DNA from: Phycisphaerae bacterium
Lineage (GTDB): Bacteria > Planctomycetota > Phycisphaerae > UBA1845 > UTPLA1
Direction of reading: 5' to 3'
NCBI GenBank assembly: GCA_030432035.1
Contig: JAUIHO010000001.1
Span: 74 to 64,073, forward strand
DNA length: 64,000 nucleotides
Every line of letters begins with the position of its first letter. The stretch's first letter is position 1. Below, piece by piece: positions 1 through 9,455 of the stretch. A program made the translations under genes and the position numbers. The notes under the pieces were generated by a model. It ran no database searches and was not told where the DNA came from. It saw only the letters and a program-made list of their open reading frames with translations.

Positions 1-103
1 AGCCTAACGCGCCGCCCGACGATTGACACGCGGGAATCCTCGCGACGCCCAACGCCGGTATGAGGTCTGTTTATTGGTGATTTGGGTACCGTACGGTTTG
101 CGC

Positions 104-1015
104 TTACCACGCGCTGGTCGGCGGCAACAGGACCGGCAAACACTGCGGACGGACCGCGATCTCAAACGGGGCCGATTCGATCGAGTCACCATCGCCGTGA
201 GCGGGCACCTTGTGATTGGTTTCGATCCGAATTTGTCGGCATTGAAATCGCTGGAAGGGAAGATCCGTCAAACCGACCGATACGTCACCCATTTCGGGCT
301 CCGCACCAAACGCACTCGCCGTGACGGCCCCCACCGCGCTCAATCGTGAATCGCGAATGATGAGCACATCGAGCAAACCATCATCGGCTTTGATGGATTC
401 AGAGAAACGCAAGCCGCCGCGACCAATGCGGCCGATATTGGCGACCATACATGCGACGGCCTCACCGCCGAACTCGGCGTCGTCCATGCGCCAACGAAAT
501 GCAATCGGCTGCGCGTCGCGTATCGCATCGAGCGTGCCGAGTACATAACCGAACCAGCCAAGTTCGTCCTTGCGATCGCGCGTCGCGCCGACGATGGCCG
601 CCGCTTCAGCGCCGACACCGATTCGAAGAAAGTATGCCCGGTCGCGCAACATCATCGCGTCGATCGACACGCGCCGTGCATTTGACGAACACGCTAACGC
701 CGCCGCCTCGGACAATTCGAGCGGCACGCCCAACTCTTGCGCGATGACGTTACCCGTTCCACCTGGCAACAGTGCTAAAGGTTTATCACCGCCGAGCAAT
801 GCGTTCGCGACTTCGGAAACGGTACCGTCGCCACCGTATACGGCGACGACGTCGGATGTTTCAGCCGCGCGTTGCGCGGCGCTGCGCGCGTCTTCCGCAG
901 ATTTGGTGACGTGCACATCCCATTCGGCATTTGCGGCCGCAAAGGCGCGGTTCAACACGGCAAGCACCGGCTGATCCTGACCGGACGCGGGATTGATGAT
1001 GCAAAATATCTTCAC
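104..1015 (-). CDS. diacylglycerol/lipid kinase family protein (YegS/BmrU-like)
   Basis: 303-aa ORF. It carries the DAG-kinase catalytic-domain motifs 'IINPASG', 'YGGDGTVSEV' and 'LLPGGTGN'. Confidence 0.8.
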   Translation of the reverse strand: MKIFCIINPASGQDQPVLAVLNRAFAAANAEWDVHVTKSAEDARSAAQRAAETSDVVAVYGGDGTVSEVANALLGGDKPLALLPGGTGNVIAQELGVPLELSEAAALACSSNARRVSIDAMMLRDRAYFLRIGVGAEAAAIVGATRDRKDELGWFGYVLGTLDAIRDAQPIAFRWRMDDAEFGGEAVACMVANIGRIGRGGLRFSESIKADDGLLDVLIIRDSRLSAVGAVTASAFGAEPEMGDVSVGLTDLPFQRFQCRQIRIETNHKVPAHGDGDSIESAPFEIAVRPQCLPVLLPPTSAW

Positions 1016-1204
1016 GCCGCGCTTTGTACGGCGAAGCGCGATATTAAGTCAATCGCTAGAGCGGCGAATGACGTTTAATTCTGGTTAAAGCGGAGAAACG
1101 ATGTAGTCAACCGGTATCCATCAGAGACGCCGCCGTGTAATTGGTATCAAGACGTCAGTCGATAAGACGATCCTATCCATCAACGTAAGACGACACGAAC
1201 GCCC

Positions 1205-2491
1205 CTACGCCACCGTCACGATGTTCTGAAAGTCCATCGTGTGCCCGGGAAACACGGTCGACAGATTGGTGTTGCCGGCACGCTTTTGTAAAATCTCACC
1301 GAGCACATCGCGTGAATCGATCGTGATCGGTAGATCGATCCCGTCCTCCAACTCAGAAGGGTCGAGCCCAACCCAATCGGCATACACCTGTCCGCCGTTG
1401 ACGCCGCCGCCGAGCACGAACATCGTGCCCGCAGTACCATGATCGGTGCCCTTGCTGCCGTTCTGTTGCACACGGCGGCCAAATTCGGATAACACGACCA
1501 CAGTGGTGTTGTCGAAGCGAGATCCCATGTCATCGCGGAACGCGATTAGCCCATCAGCAAGCGTTTGCATCTTGAATGCCATATCGCCGTCGATTGGGCC
1601 TTGGTTACCGTGATGATCCCAATTGCCTAAATCGATGCAGGCTGCTTCCAACCCGACATCCGCCTTAGCGACGCGCGCGATCGTTTCCATACCCCGACCG
1701 AAATCGTGGTTGGGATACGCGGCACCATTCGCAGGTCCACTGTAACCAGCTTGCAGACTGCCGATGAGATCCAGTGTGCCGACAGTTGCTTCAACGCTCT
1801 TCTTAAGAACATCTACGCTGTTGCTATACACCGATTCCAGAAACGGCATGCGCGTGGCAGGGAAATCCCAGTTGCCTTCCAAACCAAACGCATCGATGTC
1901 ATCCATCACCACGGCCTGCGGCGCACCAAACAAGGTCGTCGGCATGTTACCCTGCGGTGCCAACGCCAAGATGCGGTCAGCCGGCGACAGATTCCGCGAC
2001 AGCAAATGCCGCCCCAACCAACCAGTGCTGGTTCCGGGGTTAACCGTGCCGCGTTCGATCAAGCTCATTGCGTTAAAGTGAGAGCGATCAATAAAGGAGA
2101 ACCCTGTGTTGTGAACAATAGCGAATTCACCTGCGTCCCACATCGGTTTGAGACCGGCCAGAGCCGGCGGTAAACCGAAAAAACCGTCCAAGTCCGTTGC
2201 CTTGTTGGTTGACATCGACGACGGATCGGCAATCGCCAGCGACTGTCGCACCGTGTAATAGTCGGCGTCACCAAACGGAACGCACATCGTCATGCCGTCG
2301 GCACCGCCGCGTAGGAAGATTTGAATGATCAAGTCTGACGACGAATCGTGGCTGTCTGCAAACGACATCTTCGGCAACCAAGTAGGACCGCTTAACGCCC
2401 CTAACGCACAAATACGACCCGCCGTGCGCATGAAGTGGCGCCGCTCCGCCCTTCGATAGTCGTCACATGCTTGGTGGCTTGATTCGCTCAT
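1205..2491 (-). CDS. DUF1501 family protein (sulfatase-fold, Tat-signal)
   Basis: The N-terminus 'CDDYRRAERRHFMRTAG' is a twin-arginine leader typical of DUF1501. The C-terminal motifs 'WDHHGNQG' and 'GTDHGTAG' are present. I prefer the ATG at 2491 over the ORF-track start at 2536. It sits directly downstream of a DUF1800 gene, which is the usual pairing. Confidence 0.8.
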   Translation of the reverse strand: MSESSHQACDDYRRAERRHFMRTAGRICALGALSGPTWLPKMSFADSHDSSSDLIIQIFLRGGADGMTMCVPFGDADYYTVRQSLAIADPSSMSTNKATDLDGFFGLPPALAGLKPMWDAGEFAIVHNTGFSFIDRSHFNAMSLIERGTVNPGTSTGWLGRHLLSRNLSPADRILALAPQGNMPTTLFGAPQAVVMDDIDAFGLEGNWDFPATRMPFLESVYSNSVDVLKKSVEATVGTLDLIGSLQAGYSGPANGAAYPNHDFGRGMETIARVAKADVGLEAACIDLGNWDHHGNQGPIDGDMAFKMQTLADGLIAFRDDMGSRFDNTTVVVLSEFGRRVQQNGSKGTDHGTAGTMFVLGGGVNGGQVYADWVGLDPSELEDGIDLPITIDSRDVLGEILQKRAGNTNLSTVFPGHTMDFQNIVTVA

Positions 2492-2548
2492 GTTACTTTT
2501 CCATCTCGAATAGTAATGGCAACGAGATAATTTCACTGGCCGCCGACC

Positions 2549-4162
2549 TTAAACGGTCTGATACGACGGGACCGTAAGCAGCATCCCGAATAGCTCTGCG
2601 TCACCCGACGCAGAGCCATTGCGCACGTTATTGGAATAGTTGATCAATGCGGAGCGTTCGCTCGACGACATGCGCCCCATCAAGTACCGCTCGTTCCAAT
2701 AATCCACAACCTGCGCCGGATCGGTGTTCACGCCGGGTGCCAGTGTGGCTGACAACGGTAAGTTAAGACCCGCCAGTTCGCCCTTCACCAGCTTGTAGGC
2801 AAAGTTCCAGCGATCCAGCATGCCACCTGCCCAAAATGTATTATCGAGCGGATAGCCGTCGGGCGTGATCCATGCGTACGGGTAATGCCCCATATCATCG
2901 AGAACTCGATCGATCGCGGCGTTGGAATCCATTGTGGCCGAGGTTTGCCGCAAAATGCCCGCTACGTAGTGAAGCGGACGTTTGAGCTGTGGCGTCGCCT
3001 GTTGCAGATTCTCGACCGATAGCACAGCCCGCATCGTCTCTTGAATGTCGCCGTCCGATTCGTAGAAGACTTCGGCGACGGCGGAGACCATGCTGGTCGA
3101 CGGATTATCCGTCACGAAGTAGGTCAACAAGCGGCGTGCGATATGAATCGCCGTATTCGGATGGCCCGCCAAGTGATCGAGGACGGCTTCGCCATCTTCG
3201 ATCCCACCGCCCGACGGAATCGGCATTCCCATGACCAGCTTGGAATTGGGATCGTGCAACGACGACACAAAGCCGAGTTGAAACATGCCATCCGGCGGTT
3301 CGTTGGTCGCGTTGCTGACCGGTCGCCACCCCGTAAAGGCGCGGGCGACATTGACAATATCTTGCAAACTGTAACCCTGATTCAAACCGACCGTGTGCAG
3401 TTCCAGCAGTTCGCGAGCATAGTTTTCGTTAAGGGCGTTCCACGAACTGCTCAAGTTATCGAGATACACCGTCATGGCCGGGCTTTTCGCGACGGCGTGT
3501 AATAGGTCTCGAAACTTGCCGAACGCGAACGGTCGAATCACGTCGCGTTCGTACTGAATCGCCTGATATCGAACAAAGGGCGTTTTGGCGGCTTGGATAT
3601 TAAAATGGTCGAGCCAGAAATCGACCATGCGCTCTTGCAGCTGCCGTCGGCTTTTGACTGCTCGAATCAAGCGCGCCTTGGCGAGATGCGTGAGAACGTT
3701 GTTCCAAGCCTGCGCGAAGTTGGTCTGCAGCAATTCGGTCGGCGTGGCCGTCAACGTCCAAAGCGGCGATAGTAGCGAGTTGATCTCGACATCATTCTCA
3801 GCAATCAAGCCGGGATTGAGCTGCTCTTCGAGATATGCTTCGTAACCGATCTCGTCGTAGCGCGCTTGTTCGGCTTCCGTCGCACCAAAGCTCGTACGAT
3901 TTAGAAACAATGCCTTGAAGCCTGCCGGTAACCCTGGCTCGGTCGGTTCAATCGGTTGCGTGGGTTCGGTTGGTTCGACGGGTGCAACCGGCTCAACGCC
4001 ACCGCCGCCCCCCGGATTGGTCGGGCCCATCGGCTGACCGCCATCCGGCGGAATCACCGGCGGCAAGACGTCCGTTGCACAACCGGCAGCCACTGCACCG
4101 GCACCCATTGCGCCCATGAAATTGCGACGCGACATTCGTTTGAAAATCGATTGAGTCTTCAT
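2549..4162 (-). CDS. DUF1800 family protein (Tat/lipoprotein signal)
   Basis: 537-aa ORF. The leader is 'SRRNFMGAMGAGAVAAGC', followed by a Pro/Glu-rich linker. The 'ELHTVG' motif characteristic of DUF1800 is present, and it is paired with DUF1501. Confidence 0.8.
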   Translation of the reverse strand: MKTQSIFKRMSRRNFMGAMGAGAVAAGCATDVLPPVIPPDGGQPMGPTNPGGGGGVEPVAPVEPTEPTQPIEPTEPGLPAGFKALFLNRTSFGATEAEQARYDEIGYEAYLEEQLNPGLIAENDVEINSLLSPLWTLTATPTELLQTNFAQAWNNVLTHLAKARLIRAVKSRRQLQERMVDFWLDHFNIQAAKTPFVRYQAIQYERDVIRPFAFGKFRDLLHAVAKSPAMTVYLDNLSSSWNALNENYARELLELHTVGLNQGYSLQDIVNVARAFTGWRPVSNATNEPPDGMFQLGFVSSLHDPNSKLVMGMPIPSGGGIEDGEAVLDHLAGHPNTAIHIARRLLTYFVTDNPSTSMVSAVAEVFYESDGDIQETMRAVLSVENLQQATPQLKRPLHYVAGILRQTSATMDSNAAIDRVLDDMGHYPYAWITPDGYPLDNTFWAGGMLDRWNFAYKLVKGELAGLNLPLSATLAPGVNTDPAQVVDYWNERYLMGRMSSSERSALINYSNNVRNGSASGDAELFGMLLTVPSYQTV

Positions 4163-4299
4163 ACCACCCGTTCCCTACAGATAGACTGGCTTCCCCAGAT
4201 TTAAGCTACGATTCATGTGACCGGTTGGGCAAACCGATTGCGCGGATGGAGGACGTCAGCAGCATTCAGCATACGTCCGATACGGCATTTGGTTTGAAA

Positions 4300-5298
4300 T
4301 TATTGGATGGGATGGTCGTGCAGCCACCCGGCGAGTCTTTTCAGACCTGCCTCCACCGAAATCTGCGGCTCATAACCAAGATCGCGCCGCGCGGCGGAGA
4401 TATCGAACCAGTGGGCGGTCGAAAGTTCGTGCACGACAAACCGCGTTAGCCGCGGTTCGCGTTTGATTCGCAATCCGCCGTAGATCAATTCGAGCATCGT
4501 TGCGACGCTCAGCGCCACGCGCTTGGGCACCGACTTGGTAACCGGCGGCTTGCCACCCGCAGCGAGAATCGCGTTAACCAAATCCCAAAGCAGCCAGGGT
4601 TCGCCGTTGGTGATGAAATAGGCCTTTCCCGCGCAATCTGCGTCGGGAGCGAGACGGTCGGCCGCGCACAAGTGGGCGTCAGCCGCGTTATCGATATACA
4701 CCGAGTCGATCTTTTTATTGGTGCCGCCGATGCGCCGAAGGGCGCTTGCTCGCTGCAAGATGCGCGGCACGAGATGGTTGTCGCGCGGCCCCCATATCAA
4801 ATGCGGGCGCAATGCGACGGTCGCGAGTCCGCTGCTGTTGGCGGCGAGGACGGCGCGTTCGGCCTTGGCTTTGGTCGCGGGATACGCCGTGAGATACGAT
4901 TTGGGATACGGCAACGATTCATCTTCGCCTTCGCAATCCCCCGGATGAAACACGACGCTGGGCGAACTGGTATAGACGAGTTTAGGCACATCGCATTGGC
5001 GTGCCGCTTGGAGGACGACCTCGGTGCCAATCACATTGGCATTATGGTAATCCTGATACGGCCCCCACACGCCAGCCTTGGCGGCCACATGGAAGATGAC
5101 ATCAACACCTTCGCATGCCTTCGTTACAGCCGTCGCGTCGGTTAAGTCCGCTCGGATCGTTTCAATGCCAAGCGCTCGAAGCTCGGGATAATCACCACGC
5201 GCGATCGACCGCACCGAAGCGCCGCGTTTCAATAGACGTTCGACAATGGCGCGCCCGAGAAAGCCGCCGCCGCCCGTGACGAGTGCCCGTTCACTCAT
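4300..5298 (-). CDS. NAD-dependent epimerase/dehydratase, 3-beta-hydroxysteroid dehydrogenase/isomerase-like SDR
   Basis: It has the 'VTGGGGFLGRAIV' Rossmann motif and the 'YPATKAKAE' (YxxxK) catalytic motif. It overlaps the stop of the upstream psd gene by 4 bp. Confidence 0.8.
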   Translation of the reverse strand: MSERALVTGGGGFLGRAIVERLLKRGASVRSIARGDYPELRALGIETIRADLTDATAVTKACEGVDVIFHVAAKAGVWGPYQDYHNANVIGTEVVLQAARQCDVPKLVYTSSPSVVFHPGDCEGEDESLPYPKSYLTAYPATKAKAERAVLAANSSGLATVALRPHLIWGPRDNHLVPRILQRASALRRIGGTNKKIDSVYIDNAADAHLCAADRLAPDADCAGKAYFITNGEPWLLWDLVNAILAAGGKPPVTKSVPKRVALSVATMLELIYGGLRIKREPRLTRFVVHELSTAHWFDISAARRDLGYEPQISVEAGLKRLAGWLHDHPIQ

Positions 5299-5984
5299 GA
5301 CGCGCTTTCGTCGGCCTTTACCTCGCGCATCATGACCGTCGCGCCGCCTTGCACCTTTTGACCAACTTCTACCGTAGGTTCGTAGCCGGCCGCGACCGGC
5401 ACCACGAGATCGGTGCGCGAGCCAAATTTAATCATACCGAAGCGTTGGCCGCGTTGTAGCGTGGTACCCTCGCCTGCATGACAGATGATGCGCCGAGCGA
5501 TGAGGCCGGCGATTTGTCGCACGAGAATCGTCGCGCCTTCCGCTTCGGTCTGCATCACCAGCGCGTTTTGCTCGTTGTCGCGCGCGCTGTTCGGGTCGCG
5601 CGCGTCGAGGTATTGCCCCGGCGCGTAATGAATAGCCTTTACCGTCGCGGCGCACGGCGCGCGATTGATGTGCACATTAAAGACCGACAAAAAGATGCTG
5701 ACGCGCCAAACGGGTTCGTCGATCTCGGACGTCGCGGGAAGTCGTTCGACATGCGTGATCGTGCCGTCGGCGGGCGAGACCATGATGCCGTCTTCCTGCG
5801 GGATGATGCGGTGCGGGTCGCGGAAGAACGCCAACGTAAAGCCGAGGAAGAACGCCGGCACAGTTGCCGCCAACCACCACCAAGGCGAATGCGTTACTGC
5901 CGCCCACACAGCCAGCGCCAACAACGGTCCCAACAACAACACCGCCAAGCCTATTTCTCGAAATCCATCGCGTGCAATTTTCAT
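5295..5984 (-). CDS. psd: phosphatidylserine decarboxylase proenzyme (short, membrane-anchored type)
   Basis: It has two N-terminal TM helices. The C-terminal 'GMIKFGSRTDL' contains the G-S self-cleavage site of pyruvoyl PSDs. The start is taken at the internal ATG (MKIARDG) rather than 6041. Confidence 0.75.
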   Translation of the reverse strand: MKIARDGFREIGLAVLLLGPLLALAVWAAVTHSPWWWLAATVPAFFLGFTLAFFRDPHRIIPQEDGIMVSPADGTITHVERLPATSEIDEPVWRVSIFLSVFNVHINRAPCAATVKAIHYAPGQYLDARDPNSARDNEQNALVMQTEAEGATILVRQIAGLIARRIICHAGEGTTLQRGQRFGMIKFGSRTDLVVPVAAGYEPTVEVGQKVQGGATVMMREVKADESAS

Positions 5985-6249
5985 TAACGATCCAAGCGTT
6001 ATCGTCGCAAACCCCTTCGGGCCGCATCGAGGTTGGTGCAAAATTCGGCACGCTCGTGCCGGGGGCCTTCATAATCAGGGGCAACCCGGTTTCGGTCAAA
6101 AAACTTCAAAATTGGCGGTCCGACATTAGCGTTCATGCGTGTTACCTGCTGCACCGACCGATTTCGCAGTTGGGTCGGTATAATGGGAGCCCGTGTGTTT
6201 TCACAAACGAACCTTGTTGCATCGCCTCGCCTTAGGAAGAGATTACCTT

Positions 6250-7362
6250 ATGAAATCCGTTACCCATGCCCTACTCATTCACACGTTGCTCATTGCCGGT
6301 CTCGTATGCCTGACTGGCGGCCAATGCGTTTCGGACACCGGCATGATGGGGCCGCCGGGGATGGATGGAATGGACGGCACCGATGGTATGGATGGGACCG
6401 ACGGCAGCTTGCGCGTCTATGGCGATGGCTCCGCCGGGGATAAGGTCGTGAGCAGTGATGAAAACTGGAACGACGACGCGACGGCACCGACCAATCTGCA
6501 ATTCTCCAGCCTAACGATCGAAGAGGGCGCGACGCTGACCGTGCCGAGCGGCATGACGATTCGCGTAACCGGCGATGTCACCAACAACGGAACGCTGTTG
6601 GTGCGCACCTCGGCCGACGGCGGCTTTGCCGGGCTCGACGGGCCGGGCACGAGCGGCGATTTGTCGACGCAGATCACGGCACCCGATTCGGGAATTGGCA
6701 CGCGCGCCGCCCAAGCTGGGGAGCTGAGCGACAACACCGTCTTCGCATTGGCAGGGCAAGGCGGCGAAGGTATTAGTGAATTCGAGTCACGACAGCTTTT
6801 GACGGTCGGCGTGGTCGCCGGCGGTGGCGGTGCGGTGGGCGGTGACGACACCGACGGCAGTACAACCAGTAACGTCGGCAGCGCCGGCGGCGGCGGTGTA
6901 CGCATCTTGGCGATGGGAACGATCACCAACGCCGAAGGTGCCGTCATGATGGCCGACGGCGGCGCAGGCGCGGGCGGTGGCGGCGGCGGCGGTCAGATCA
7001 TTCTCGCGTCGATGACGGCCGTGGTGAATGACGGCGACATCATGGCGCGCGGCGGCGATGGCGAAAGCAGCGATAGCAACGAAGGCCCCAGCGGCGGCGG
7101 TGGCGGCGGTATCGTGCACATGCTCGCGCCGATGGTGATGAACGATGGCACGGTCGACGTTAGCGGCGGTAGCGCGGGCGGCACCAGTACCGATGTAACG
7201 AGCGGCACACGCCAAGCGGGTGGCGGCGGCGGCGCATCCGGCGGCGACGGCGGACGCGGTGGCAACGTGCCCAACGGCGGCAGCGTTACGCCCGAAGCCG
7301 CAGACGACGGGCAGGATGGATTCAGCTTAGTAACAGAATTGGACCCGACGAGCTTGCTGTAA
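6250..7362 (+). CDS. secreted glycine-rich protein with a short collagen-like GXY run
   Basis: The signal/lipobox-like N-terminus is 'MKSVTHALLIHTLLIAGLVCLTGGQC'. Eight consecutive G-X-Y triplets lie at 6340-6411. The rest consists of repeated poly-Gly/beta-helix-like segments (GGGGG..I..A.G.I.N.G). Confidence 0.6.
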   Translation: MKSVTHALLIHTLLIAGLVCLTGGQCVSDTGMMGPPGMDGMDGTDGMDGTDGSLRVYGDGSAGDKVVSSDENWNDDATAPTNLQFSSLTIEEGATLTVPSGMTIRVTGDVTNNGTLLVRTSADGGFAGLDGPGTSGDLSTQITAPDSGIGTRAAQAGELSDNTVFALAGQGGEGISEFESRQLLTVGVVAGGGGAVGGDDTDGSTTSNVGSAGGGGVRILAMGTITNAEGAVMMADGGAGAGGGGGGGQIILASMTAVVNDGDIMARGGDGESSDSNEGPSGGGGGGIVHMLAPMVMNDGTVDVSGGSAGGTSTDVTSGTRQAGGGGGASGGDGGRGGNVPNGGSVTPEAADDGQDGFSLVTELDPTSLL

Positions 7363-7427
7363 AGCGATCTTCAACAACGAAAATCAGGTCAGCAACAATC
7401 ACCGCAGCGTTTCGCTTCGTAGCCCAT

Positions 7428-7456
7428 TTAGCCCACGGCCAATGGCCGTGGGCTAA
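7428..7456. terminator. bidirectional hairpin between convergent genes
   Basis: Near-perfect palindrome TTAGCCCACGGCCA-A-TGGCCGTGGGCTAA (13-14 bp stem), located between the 6250-7362(+) and 7518-9425(-) stops. Confidence 0.6.
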
Positions 7457-7517
7457 TGTGTTGAACCACACGTAACGATTCAATTTGAATTTCGACGTTT
7501 TGATTTTTTGACGTCTA

Positions 7518-9425
7518 TCACGCCATCTGTTTGCGAATCGTCATATCGAATGAGCGCACCATGCTGTTGCGCAAATAGATGCCGATCAGAAAATATATCA
7601 GCGCCGCAACAAATGCCGAGATAAACGCGACGAAACGACAGGTCGTGTAGTTAACCGTGGGCTGGCCGAAGGTCGTCACCATCGTATCTTCCAGCGCCAT
7701 CTTGGGGGCCAACGAAATCATGCAGGATGTCACCGGGCCGAGCGGCATGAAGGCTGCCGTTAGCGCCGCGCCATCGCTCGAACCTTTCACCGAATACGCG
7801 CAGGTCGATAGACCGGCGATAACAGCGATGACGATGCCCATGCTGGTGAACACGGCCCCCATCGTGCGTTTGTTCTTGATCGAATAGTTCAGGCCGATCA
7901 TCGCGCAGAAGGCGGTGAACGCGAGGAACGTCGTCGGCAGCATCAACAGCGCTTCCGGGTTGACCACGTTCTCACGACCCGAGCCGCCGAGCTTTCCGAT
8001 CAGATCGACGATCACGAATAACATCACCGTGAGATATGGCACGAGCAGCATGGGACCGGCACCGCGCACCAAGCCCCAGGTTTTGCCGGTGATGATGTCG
8101 CGACTCGTCAATGGCGTCGCGAGCAGCAACTCAATCGTGTTCGATTCTTTCTCGCGCGTCATCGATGTCGCGGCGGCTGTCGTCGCGACGAAGAGCGTAA
8201 TACCAAACTCGACGGCCACAACACCGAACAACGCCACGCGCGTATCGGCGATGGATAACCACTTTTGCAAGTACGCGATCAGCAGCACGATGCCGACCAA
8301 CACGCCGGATGACATCAGAAAAATGCGTGACGCCTTACCGCCAGTGGATGAGGCACTGGTAACCGACTCGCGCCAGGCGATGGGGTTCTTGCTAACCGTG
8401 CGCGGCGGATGGCTGCGTGCATCGACGGCGGGTTGGTTCGGGTCGTCGTCATCCTGCGCTTCATTAATGGAACTACCCGCACCCATCGCCTTACCCCGGA
8501 AGATGCGCGATAGGAACGTCGGTTCACCTTCGAGAGCGCTGCGCCGGACGAAGCCGAAACTCGTCGCCAACAGCACGCCCGAAATCACAACGCTGAGACC
8601 AATGTAGCAATACTGCGGAAAGGCGAGCAGATACTTCGCGATGAAGCCGTAGTGCGCGACCGTTTCAATATCGGGCGCGGGGGTTTCGCCGAGCACGACG
8701 TTTAGTGCGAGGAACGGATGAAACGCTGCGAGCCAGCTCATGCGCTCGATGCGACCCGGAGCGCTAAGCGCTTCGGGCGGAATTAACAACGACCACGAGC
8801 CGAGCGCGTAAACCGTAATCAGGTAAATCGCGATCGCGAGGTAGAACGTAAAGATCGTACGACCGGTACCGATTTTGATAACGCTGATCGAAATCGCAAT
8901 CGAGCCGGTCAACATCGCCGTTGCCGCGGCGAGGCCCATCGACAGACCGATCTTGTCACCCGTTACACCGCCATACACCATGATGATGCAAAAGAGCGGA
9001 ATTGACGCGAGCAGCAACGCGAAAACGAAAAACAGTCGGCTAAGCAGCGACCCCAACACGATTTGGCCGTTGGTGAGCGGTGTGGATAGCAGAATGTTAT
9101 ACGTCTGGGAATCTTTTTCTTGTGTAATGGCCGAAGCGGCGAAGACCGGCGCGAGGATGCTGACCATGGCGAGTTGAATCAGCGAGAGATACTTGAACAT
9201 GTCGGCGGCTTTTTTGGCAAACTCGGCCAGCGAGCCTTGCGAACCCGCACCTTGCATGCCCAAGACGCCGAAGATGGCCACGACTGCCAAGACTGCAAGA
9301 TAAATCACGCGAATCCAAAGGTGGCGCGTGCGGCGTCCGCCCGATTGCACCACGCGCACCAAGATCGGATTGTTGGGGATCAACCGCCAGAACCAAATCC
9401 CCAGATCGCGCAGTACCGCATTCAT
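7518..9425 (-). CDS. ABC-2 type transporter permease (duplicated, about 12 TM)
   Basis: 635-aa ORF that is very hydrophobic. It has two blocks of about 6 TM each, separated by a charged loop. It is the last gene of an operon that contains an ABC ATPase. Confidence 0.65.
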   Translation of the reverse strand: MNAVLRDLGIWFWRLIPNNPILVRVVQSGGRRTRHLWIRVIYLAVLAVVAIFGVLGMQGAGSQGSLAEFAKKAADMFKYLSLIQLAMVSILAPVFAASAITQEKDSQTYNILLSTPLTNGQIVLGSLLSRLFFVFALLLASIPLFCIIMVYGGVTGDKIGLSMGLAAATAMLTGSIAISISVIKIGTGRTIFTFYLAIAIYLITVYALGSWSLLIPPEALSAPGRIERMSWLAAFHPFLALNVVLGETPAPDIETVAHYGFIAKYLLAFPQYCYIGLSVVISGVLLATSFGFVRRSALEGEPTFLSRIFRGKAMGAGSSINEAQDDDDPNQPAVDARSHPPRTVSKNPIAWRESVTSASSTGGKASRIFLMSSGVLVGIVLLIAYLQKWLSIADTRVALFGVVAVEFGITLFVATTAAATSMTREKESNTIELLLATPLTSRDIITGKTWGLVRGAGPMLLVPYLTVMLFVIVDLIGKLGGSGRENVVNPEALLMLPTTFLAFTAFCAMIGLNYSIKNKRTMGAVFTSMGIVIAVIAGLSTCAYSVKGSSDGAALTAAFMPLGPVTSCMISLAPKMALEDTMVTTFGQPTVNYTTCRFVAFISAFVAALIYFLIGIYLRNSMVRSFDMTIRKQMA

Positions 9426-9455
9426 TCAACCCACTCCTTGCTCGGCGCTCCGCGA

